Positions 24,601 to 36,600 of a stretch of 64,000 nucleotides of DNA are shown piece by piece (position 1 is the stretch's first letter; every line of letters begins with the position of its first letter). The notes under the pieces were generated by a model. It was not told the origin of the DNA. It was given only the letters and a program-made list of their open reading frames with translations, and made no database searches. The DNA comes from Octopus bimaculoides. Taxonomy: Eukaryota. Where the stretch lies: NCBI RefSeq assembly GCF_001194135.2, contig NC_068987.1:61951632-62015631 (forward strand), written 5' to 3'. The position numbers were made by a program, and so were the translations under genes.

Positions 24601-27600
24601 ATAATAGTGTCTTACTGATTCTTTATTTTAGTATAGCTCTGTAGCCATCTATATAATCCCTAAGTTTGCTCAGTAATATTTTCAAGTAAAACTACTTACC
24701 ATACAGACTGATTCTTCTGTTTTTCTGGAAAAAATTTTTCCTTGGTATTTTGATATATCCAGGGCTGTTGAAATTGACAAAGATTCTATGTGTTTTGCTC
24801 TTAAATGAATATCTTTGTTTTATAAAAATATGATCACTTTGTTAGAGTGTTAGCAATTATTAATGAAGATGAATTACCGAAGACTCTTTCTCTTCATATT
24901 TACAGAGAAACCTACCCTAGCACAGATAAAATATTAACTCAGTTTTAAATAACTACTTTTACAGCAAGTCTAAATATTTTCTAATACCTTTATGACCATT
25001 TGGTTATGAAGTTTGCTTCCCTATCACATGGTTTTGATAAGCAGAGGTGTGATTGTGTGGTTATGAAGTTCACTTCCAAGTGTCTTCTGCCTCAGTCTTG
25101 TGAGTGGATTTAGTAGATGGAAACTGAAAGAAACCTGTCATTTATATATATATATATATATATATAATATTAGGGATAAAAATCCAAAATAACAGGTAAA
25201 AACTCAATTAAAATCAATTTATAAAAATTAAAATTAAATTAAGTTTCTCAGTATTAAATATATATAAATATATAGTTTTAGGGAAAAGAACCAAGGTTCA
25301 TGAACTCATTGATGAAAATCCACTGTCACATATAGAAAAATTAATGTATGAGTGTATGTATGTATATGTATGCTTATGATATTTACTTATTTATTGTGCT
25401 TTTACTTATTAATTTTTCTATATGTGACAGTGGATTTTCATCTATGAGTTCATGAACCTCGGTTCTTTTCCATAAAACTATATATTTATGTGTATATATC
25501 TATCTATCTATCTATATATATATATATATATATATACACATACAGGTTGTTGACTAACGACCTATCTGACTTATGACCTATTTGACTTTATGACAATTAG
25601 CTTGCCAACTCCTGGCAGCAATAATAAATAGTCCAGTTGAAATCTAATGGACCCATGTACAGATGATGTGAGCTAACAAACGCTTCTCCTAGGTTTGGTT
25701 ATCGATCGGCACTGTGTTGGATGACTTATCCTATCGTGGAGACATCGAGGCAACCTCGTATTTGTTTATATGACGACTGCTTGAGACTCTGAAACTTTTG
25801 ACTAACGCCAGTTTAATAGTATAATACAGAATGCTGTGTATGACTTTTACCTGAGAATGTACCTTAAGAATGTAAGAAAATAAAACAAAACTATGTAGGC
25901 CTATAGGCCAACTTATGACCAAATCGATTACAACCAATTGTGGTCGTAAGTCAACAACGACCTGTATATGTGTGTGTGTGTGTGTACATGCTTACATATA
26001 CTTGTTTCTATCCCTCTCATCACCTGGCACAAAGTCACCACCTTCAATACCACCCTACTCTCAAAGGATCTTTATCTTGCAAGTTACTTGGTGACCTTGG
26101 CAGTGCTGAGTCCATGTAAAAAGCATCTCGTCTGCCATCCATAAATACTATGCCAAAACAGTGGAGCTTGGAATAGTCCTCCAGTTTACCAGCTCCTGTC
26201 AAACCAGCATGGAAGATGGATGTTAAACGATGATGATGATGATAATGATGATGATGATGATGATATATATATCGACCTCATCATCATTTAACATCTGTTT
26301 TCCATACTGTTATGGCTTGGATGATTTAACAGGATCCAGTGAGCTGGAAGTTCATGTGGTACTCCAAAATACAGGTGTCTTACTATAGAGGAAATGGCTG
26401 AAGGAGGCAAAAGGAAGGTAGTGATATACATATGTTTATATATGTATGTGTTTATGCATGTGTATGTATTTGCCTCTTTGTGTTGGCATCATGGATGGTT
26501 GTGAATAAGCGTAACCATCACACAAGCAGGATCCTTCATTTCCAATCTTTTGTGAAAACATGCCTGACCATGAGGAAATATTACCTTACTTGGAAAACAG
26601 TTGTTGGTTGGCAACAGGAAGAGCATCCAATCATAGAAAATCTGCCTCAACAAATTCCATCTGACTCATGCAAGCATGAAAAAGTGAACATTAAAATGGT
26701 GGTGGCTGACAAATTTAATAAAATTATAATAAATTATTATACATATGTCTTTTATATATATAGTGTCTTTTATATGTATATATAGTGTCAAATCACTGGT
26801 TGAAAATTAATAGATAATCATAGTGTGTAAATGATCTAACCACAGAATATGTAACCTTTATTACATGGAAATAAAGAATCCCAATGAAATTGAATTTGTC
26901 TCATTTCAGTAATTTGATAAACATTCTGCTCGTTTGTCTGTTGGTTTCTCTTTCTTTTGCTGCATCCCTGTACACTCCTCACTCCTTTGCTCAATTTCAA
27001 AATTGTTTTACATCACATTAAATATTTTCCTATGGAATTATCCCTTAGCTATACAGTGAGCTTTCTATTTTACTGTTGTTGTTGTTGTTGTTGTTATCAT
27101 TCAGATCAAGAAACAAAGGATGAGATGGAAGCCTGTCAGGGCGAAGGGTCCTACAAAGTTACTGGTTGGCAATTAACCTGCCAACAATTCATAGCACTTC
27201 TAAAGAAAAGATTCCATTACCAGCGCAGAAGCAAGAAGGGCTTTATCTGTGAAGTAGGTTCAGTTTCACTTGTTCTTAATTGTTGTGAAGCATGCACAAA
27301 TGGATTCTCCTAGATGCACGCATCTCTTTATGTTAATTATCATCTTCTACATTGTTTCTCAGCCTGCTCAAATAACAGCCTAAACTATCATATAATCATC
27401 ATCATCATCGTTTATCATCTGTTTTCCATGCTGGCATGGATTGGACAGTTTGACTGGGGACTGGCAAGCCAGGAGGCCTCACCAGGCTCCAATCTGATCT
27501 GGCAATGTTTCTACAGCTCGATGCCCTTCCTAATGTCAATCACTCTGAGAGTGTAGTGGGTGCTTTTTACATGCCACCGGCATGGGAGCCAGTCAGGCGG

Positions 27601-30600
27601 CACTGGCATTGGCCACGTTTGGATGATGCTTTTTATGTGCTACCAGTACAAAAGCCAGTCGGGGAGGTGGGGGCTGGCATCGACATCAATAAAGCACTTG
27701 AGTAGTACTTTATTTTATGGATCCCAATGGGATTTGAACTCAGTGTGTGAAGAGCTGAAATAAATATTGCAAGGCATTATGCTTAATGTTCTTACAATTC
27801 TTCCAATCCACCATTTTCATAATAATAATAATGGTTTCAAATTTTGGCACAAGGCCAGAAATTTCAAGGAGGAATTAAGTCAATTATATCAACCCCAGTG
27901 TTCAATAGGAACTTGTTTCATTGACTTCAAAAGCATGAAAGCAACGTTGACATTGGCAGAATTTGAACTCAAAACAAGGTGGTGAGCTACGCCAGGCAAA
28001 ATGCTTAGCAGTATTTTGTCTGTCTTTACGTTCTGAGTTCAAATTCCGCTGAAGTCGACTTTGCCTTTCATCTTTTTAGGGTTGATAAATTATGTACCAG
28101 TTGCATATTGGGGTTGATCTAATCGACTGGCCCTCTACCCAAAAATTTCAGGCCTTGTGCCTAGAGTAGAAAAGAAATTGAACTCAAAACATAAAGACAA
28201 ACGAAATGCTGCTAAGCATTTTGCCTAGTGTGCTAACGATTCTGCCAGTTCGCTGCTTTAAATGATGATGATGATGATGATGATAATAATAATAATAATG
28301 ACAATAATAGATGCAGTATCAGGCAGTGGCTCTCATGGCTTCTCAACTGATTGGAAGTGTTATCATGTACATTATTTTGTCTTGGTATAAAAGATGGGCT
28401 ACAACAAATATTCTGCTCAACACCACAGATTTGCTTGTCATTTGTTTGACCTTAACCAGTTGAGCATGTCCCTTAGTGGCTGACAATATGTGCATCTCTG
28501 ATCACAAGCAGAAGTAGTGGGGGAGCATCATAGCCATGTATTGAGTGGAATTATTTGAGGTTTGGATAATTCACTTTTGGAAACATAGGTGTTTTGTTCA
28601 ACATCATTAAACATCCCTTATTCAGGGACCTTTTGAGCTGGCTGGGCTACTCAACCTGCAGAAAATTCTAATTGGGCCCCACCTCCAAGGTCATGCACTG
28701 TTAACCTTGATATGAGATCACCATGTTGCACACATATGGTTGTGATGCATGTGCCTGGTGTACCCTTATCAGATGGATGGTCATGATGGGTATACTGTGT
28801 GTCATATATTTTTTACCCTAGTGTCACTTTGATGGCATGCACTGCTCTCTCACTCAATAATAATAATATTATTATTTTATATTATATTCAGAATTCTTAA
28901 ATGTTTTGAGAATAATGTCTCATTTCTCTATCACTATTCTCTTTATATTTAAACTGAATTCTTCTCTTGCAGATCTTATTACCTGCTGCTTTTGTTTTGC
29001 TTGCCATGATTCTGGCTATGATAATTCCCACATACAGTGAGGAACCACCATTAATTCTCCATCCATGGCATTATGTTCCTGTCGAAAATGATCGTCACTT
29101 ATATATGTTTTTCAGGTAGGTTTTTCAAGTTGGCATTTTTCTTTTATTTGTTTTAAAGATTATTATCAGTATTGAAGAGAATTGATTAGTTGATAGGCAT
29201 GGACATAATGCTCCCACAAATTGTTCATATTTCATCATTACTACATTTCTTCTTCTATCGTGAAGATGCTTTACACTCAATGAGATCCTCATAGATGGAA
29301 TACCTTTGATCGTAAGTCTACTTAAATAGGTCTGACCTGGGGTTAACAGCAACACCGATAACAAAGATGTGAATATATAGCAAACAGTGCATGAGTTTGT
29401 TAGAATGGAAAATAACAAACATGATTCTACAAAAATAAGCACTATCTGTTTCAGTATTTGATTCCAGATCAAATATTTTATCAGAACCATAAGAAAAAGG
29501 AACATACGTAAATATATTGATTCCAAATTTTGTCACAGGACCAGTAATTTGGGGGTGGGGGTAAGTCAATGAAATCAACCCCAGTACTCAACTGGTCCTT
29601 ATGTTATCCTTATTGTCATCGGATCATTGGGTTCAATACCACCCAATCTGAAAAAAGCATCTGAAAATCTTAGAAATACCCTACAAAAGTCAGAATTACT
29701 TGGAACTGCATGCATATTGCATAAAGTACTGTGTGTCTGAGGTCCTTGTGACTTGATAAACAGTACAAATCCCCAGTAGATACAATATCTTCAATCAACA
29801 ATCTCACTATATTGTATACTGTGCAATGTCTATAATAATAATAATGATAATATCTTATGAAGTAGAAATTGAATTTTTCTTTTTTAAAGTCTTCCTAAGG
29901 TTAAATTGCTAATTGTGTTTAAAAAACATTATTTAATGTCCCTCATCCCACATTAGAATAAAATATTTTGCCATAAAATGAAATTTAAAAATCAGGTTTT
30001 TTTGTGTGAAATTTTAAATTGAAAATCTCTCAATTCACATATCTCATTTATTTTTATAGATGAATTATTGTAGCTTTCTTGAATTAATAATATAAATTTT
30101 TCATATTTTCTCCTAAAAGTAATGATGCTCCATATAACAATATTACACAAAATTTGGAACAAATGTTATTGTCAAGAGTTGGAATTGGTAACAGATGTAT
30201 GAACAAAAGTATATATTCACTTGAGTAAGTATAAAAATTTTAGCAAATATTAGTGTGTGTGTGTGTGTGTGTGTGCATTACATACATATATATTTACATA
30301 TATAGTTTTAGGGAAAAGAACCAAGTAACTATATATTTATATTTATATTTTATACTGTGAAACTTAATTTAATTTTAATTTTTAATAAATTGAATTTAAC
30401 TGAGTTTTTACCTGTAAATTTGGATTTTTATCCCTAATATTATTATTATATATTTACGTATATATTTAGTATAATTTGAGTGAAAACCTCGTGATGTGCA
30501 TTTCAAATCTCTTATGTTGTTGCTGTAATTATAAAAGAATGATCTTCTATAATGATATATGAATATAAACTCAGCAACTCAAATATAATATTTCATGAAT

Positions 30601-33600
30601 TAAAAATTGAATTTTATTTCTTTTAAAATCATCTTAAGTTTAAGTTGTTCATTATGTTTAAAAAGATATTATTTGATGCCCTGCCATCCTTAACTTAGAA
30701 TAAAATATTTTGACATTTAATAAAAAGAGCAGTTTTTCAGTTTAAAATTTAAAATTGAAAATTTTTCAATTCACTTATCTCATTTTTTTTATGTTTAATT
30801 TCAGTTCTATGAATTATTGTATCCTATGTGTATATACATATATTTAAAACACACATACACATATATATGCATATGTCTATATATGTGTGTGCATGTATTT
30901 GTATGATTATGTGTGTGGATGAAATGCATGCACTGCTTCTATTTTACTTCTTTCTGTTATTATTAGTCAGCTAGTTAATCAATTAATAAATTAACCAATT
31001 TATTGCTTGATTCGTCATTCTATCAATCAGCATATTTGTTAGTCCCACCATCACTGTTTATGACCTTACCAGTGACATACCCTTATTACTCCAAGTCAGT
31101 CTCATCATCTCCAAACTTTTGTTGGTGCATTTATTTTTTTGGAGATGTGTATTTGTGTGTATGTACATATACACGTGTTTATGCCTATATGGTGGCAGGT
31201 GTATAGGTACATATAGGTGGTTTGTTGGATTTTTCATATGATTAGTATCTTTATCAGCAGACTGTCTGTGCTTGTGTGCACATTTTAGTATATGTAGATG
31301 CCTGCAAAAGCCTTCTTGTCACTTTTATTTTTAACAGTTCATGTCTTTCAATTTAGTGCTATCTACCTTTGATTAATTTAGCATCTCTTATATCTCAAGG
31401 AAATAAAGCATTTATTTATATACATACTTATTTTTACACACATAAGGAATATTCAAGCTAAAAATCATTAGAAATCAAATAAAATTTGTCTCAGTGAAAG
31501 CCAGAATTTCTTACTACTTACAGAATGCACATGCTGTATCTATTTATAGTTTTGTAAATGTGTTCTGAAAATAATAAACATTTCTTCCTTCATACCTTTT
31601 GCTTCAAATGTTTTAAAATTTGAAAATGAGATGTTTTGATTTAAGTATTGTTTCCATCTTAATACCATCTTTCACTATTTAGCTTATTAAAAATGGAAAT
31701 TTGAAAAATATTCTTTTTAATATTATTTCATTTTTAATTTTTGTTTTCTTTATGTGATATAATTTTGAATTGTAGAGAAAAATGTTTACACACTTAAATA
31801 CATATTTTTGAATTTATCCTTTGGCAGCAGGACATCAAAGAAAGTTGTTTCTTTTTATAAAAGAAATAAAAGATTTTTCTATTATTTTATGAAAGCCAGA
31901 ATATAATTTTAGTATTATACTTGTAATTCAGAGGCATCACATTTTCTTTTTCAATTTGAAGCTACCTCAATGAAATTGCTTAACATGCTTCTCTGTTTGT
32001 TTATGTTTTTTAGTTTAGTTTTGTTTATTTAAGAAACTAAGGTAGGCAATAAGAAAAAAATGCAGTTTATTGTTAATATGAGAAGTTTCAATCATTGCAT
32101 AGTCACCATTTTTTTTTCCAGAATTTCTTTATTACTGCTGAAGTATTGAATTCTCAGGCATGTGTCCTGGGTATATTTCTTTATTTGCCTCAACCTACAC
32201 ATGTCACTTCCATTTCCAGTATTAGGGTTGGTTATGAGGGATATTTATTACAGCAATAAATGATAATACCTAAATGTTTTTGAATTATCCTATCTATTTT
32301 GACTATAGAAAAAATTTTTTAAATAAAACTGTTGATGGTTTTAATTATGTGTAAATATTATAAATAATAATTTTGTGCTTTTTACTTTTTGTCTTCTAGT
32401 GGATACCCTTGTCAGTATAAAACTTCTTACTGGACTTCTTCCAACCTTATGCCAGACACATTAATAAACTGCTCTTGTGAAACCGGAGTACAGGTTTGTC
32501 CTAAAGGTTCGTAAGCACTTTATAATAATTAATGTTCAATATAGTTAGTGATAGATAGATATTATAAGTATTGTTCTAGATATTTTTTTTTAAGTTTTAA
32601 GATTCATTCCATGTGGTTAATAAATTAGCTAAGGTGAAGACCTCTAAATAATAACACAAGGTATGGATTGACATACCTGAATATAACCTAAGTTTGACAA
32701 TTTTTTATCTACTTTGACATTAATATTTATAGTAAATATTAGGGCAGCAAACTGGCAGAATCATTAGCATGCTGGGTAACATGTTTAGCAGCATTTCATC
32801 TGTCTTTAACATTCTGAATTCAAATTTCACCTGGGTCAACTTTGCCTTCCGTCCTTTCAGGGTCGATAAAATAAGTACCAGTTAAATACTGGGTTTGATG
32901 TAATCGATTTAGCCCCTTCCCCCAAAATTGCTGGCCTTGTGCCAAAATTTGAAACTACCATTTATAGTAAATATTAATACATTGAAAATATTCTTATCTC
33001 TATTCATGGATCGAGTACAGACATGATTTGAGGTGTCTAAATTGCATGTGAATTATATCTGTATGAAAATTTAAGGAGGAATGAAATGTAGTGTAAAACA
33101 CGTGTGTTTGTTTCTAAGGAAATAGGCTGTTAATATGAAAGATTAAAAGGTAAAGATATGATATAGCAGTTCACTGCTGAATGTATACCTTCTCATACCT
33201 GAAGGCTTTTGGTTGTACCAATGACTTATTAATACTCAGTACTAACTTGTTGTTTACCAGGTGCACAGTCAATCTTAGCATTTATTTCTGTCAGTTGAGT
33301 GTGCTGGCGCAGTGTAAAATAATATAGCCGACTCGGGCACACAACACAATTTCAAGATCGGAATTCCAACCATGAATTAAGGTGTCAAGCTGGCCAAAGT
33401 ATTTGCTTGCCGGGCAAAATTCTTGGTGACATTTTGTCCATCTTTACATTCTGAGTCCAAGACCCACTGAGGTTGACTTTGTCTTTCGTCCTTTCATGGT
33501 CCATAGAATAAATTCCCTGTTGAGCACTGGCGTTGATATGATTGACTTAAACCCTCCCATAAAATTTCTAGCCTTGTATCAGAATTTGAAACCAGTATTA

Positions 33601-36600
33601 ACATGAATTCAGAGCAGAAGATAATTCTTTAAAAAATTATTTTAGCAAAAAATTGTGCTGATCATTTTTAAACTAAAGATAACAGGAAAATGTGAAATGT
33701 ACATATATGCTGTTAGTGTTTTATGTGATTTGGGAAATACACATATTTGTGAATGAATTTAAAAGTTGAATAAATCCCAAGATTTCAAATAATCCTTATT
33801 GGTGATCATTTTTATTGCAGTTAAGTTATATATTACAGTTTCAAGTTGGGATTTATTGTTTTTATTTATATCATTTAGTGGCTCCAAAGCTATCATCTTT
33901 TACAAGGGAGTGCTGAAAAGTTCCTGGCTTTGGGTAAAAGAAAATGCAGGAGGATCAGTTTATTATGATTTTATTCAACACACGTTAAACAATGATGATG
34001 ATACTCCCCTCTCAGATTCACTTAGTCCTTCAGGTTTTTGAAACCCTTTAAAAGAACTCAGAAGGTTGGACCTCCAACCAGGCCTTTTGCTATACCCTTG
34101 AAGCCGTGAACTTTTCAGCAACCCCTCATATAAGTCACTTCAGACGTTGACTACTTTACAAATAATTACCAAATCAATTTTCTCTGTAGATCCTGCCTAT
34201 CCTCAACCCCCTGCAAAACTTATATCTGAAACAGATATCATGTATAACATGACTGGACGTAATATTTCTGATTGGATTGTAAAAACAACTATGGAATATG
34301 TTAAAAAACGGTACTGAAAATACTTATTTCTTAATACTTTCTTGTAATGTAATTTGTCAGCCTTCAAAGTACATTTACTTTTCTACTGCATTACTACTAC
34401 TTTATACTATTTTATTACTTATTTACTACTTTTATACTTAGCTTCAACATTGACATCTGAGTCTTTTGAAGTGAATCTAATATTATTCACTGATCCATAC
34501 TTCTCATGTCTATCAAACTATTTAAACTCTGCTAATGACCATATTTTCATCTGATCTTTTTCATTTTTCTCCTTTTCTGATTTTATTTATTTATCTATTG
34601 TCTAAATATCTGAAATGACTTGATGATATGTAAATGCAGTAGTGGCCTGGTGTAAAAACACATTATTTCTCTTAGTTTAAGTTATAAAGGTTCCTAGTTC
34701 AAATCTAGTTGGCAAACTGCACATACATCTTAAAATATGAAATCTGAAAATTATTGGAGATAAAACTAATTGAAAAGTTATAATGTAATCTTATTTCATT
34801 GATAAATTTTTTTTTTTTTAGATAAGAGTTCTTAAAATCTTTTTTCATTAATTACAAAAAAATTCATATATTTTTTTGAGTATGATTATCATGGATATTA
34901 TTGATGTTGTTCTTGTTGTAGTAATGAAGTAACAGAACAGTAGTGTATGCCTTGCTCTATTTATTTACATTTCTCTACATTCTGGGTTCAAATCCTGCTT
35001 GGGTCCAGACTTTGCTTTCCATGCTCCATCCCCTAATACTTTCACAATGAGTACTAGACTCATACTTAAATCTGTTCATATCATTATTTTATCTTGTGTT
35101 AACATCAGAAGTGGAGGTGCAATGGCCCAGTGGTTAGGGCAGTGGAATCGCAGTTTTGATTCCCAGACCAGGCGTTGTGAGTGTTTATTGAGCGAAAACA
35201 CCTAAAAGCTCCACGAGGCTCCAGCAGGGGATGGTGGCGAACCCTGCTGTACTCTTTCACCACAACTTTCTCTCACTCTTACTTCCTGTTTCTGTTGTGC
35301 CTGTAATTCAAAGGGTCAGCCTTGTCACACTGTGTCACGCTGAATATCCCCGAGAACTATGTTAAGGGTACACATGTCTGTGGAGTGCTCAGCCACTTGC
35401 ACGTTAATTTCACGAGCAAGCTGTTCCGTTGATCAGATCAACTGGAACCCTCGACGTCGTAAGCGATGGAGTGCCAACAACATAACATCAGAAACCATTA
35501 TTATGATTATTTTTATTATTTTTGTTGTTTGCATAGTGGTGAAGGTGGAGTATCAAAAATAGAAGAATGCTGCACTAAAATTGTTTTGTAGTATTTAGTT
35601 CATCCCTGTACACTTTGAGTTCAATTTCTACCACAGTCAGCTTTTCCTTCTATCCCTCATAGGTTGAGGATAATGAAATGGTCTCAGTAATATACTAGGG
35701 TTTGTTATTTCACTACACCATTGTATAATGACACCATAGTAATAGTGCATTTAGTTATGGATCTATATTTTCCTTGAGTTTAAATTTTGATAAAGTTGAT
35801 CAAGTACTGGTAATATACTGAGGTTCATTCAGTGGCCTATACTTCTTACTCTGTCTTCTTCTTATGAGCAAATCTTTATATTTACTGAACTTGACAAATT
35901 CTTTTGCCAAAATCTTATTATCACAAGGAATACTCATGAGATCAATAAACAGACTTTATTATTTTGGTCTTTTACAACAATATCTAATTTATTAACTTTG
36001 ATGGTCCTGTGTGTATGTACTGGAAAGTCCCAAAGAATTCTTACATTTTCTCTGTCAGTTACAGCCTCAGGGTGATGCTCATATCACTTGTTAGCAGTTT
36101 TGATTTCATAATACCAACATATTAACCTGTGTAGATACTGATCAATTCTGTCATATTTTGATTTATACTCTACTGGTGCTTTACATACAGAGATTAGGTG
36201 GTCTACTATTTCAATCTCATCAATACAGAATTGGAGCTTTGGATCTACTTCATTTTTCATCACCTTGGCTTGGTAGTTCTGGGTCAATAAACTTTGATCT
36301 TGAGCAGTGAAGATGAAGCCTTCACTCTCTGTCTTGAGCTTTGTAGCTATTGATGGGTTGCTTCTGGTCAACAACAGCTCATTTGCTATGGGCCACATAT
36401 TTGTCATGCAGAGGTTTCTAGCCAGTTTTCTATGCACTTTTTTCTTTGTCATTAATTTTACTTTCTTTGCAACAAGAGTTGTCATGTTTCCCTCAAGCTA
36501 TTCATCCTGGATATCATTCATGAAATCAATAACAAACTTTTTGCTCCCCTTCAAGATAGAAGCTTCTTATGTTTCTCATGATTTTCATCCAGTCATTAGT

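Noticed and set aside
24540-24830. Possible decayed coding or TE sequence on the minus strand
   Set aside because: No motif I could assign; multiple stops in the frames I tried.
30112-30119. AAG acceptors at w10 and w23 as non-canonical splicing
   Set aside because: AAG is an uncommon but canonical 3' splice site; frames and exon sizes fit.
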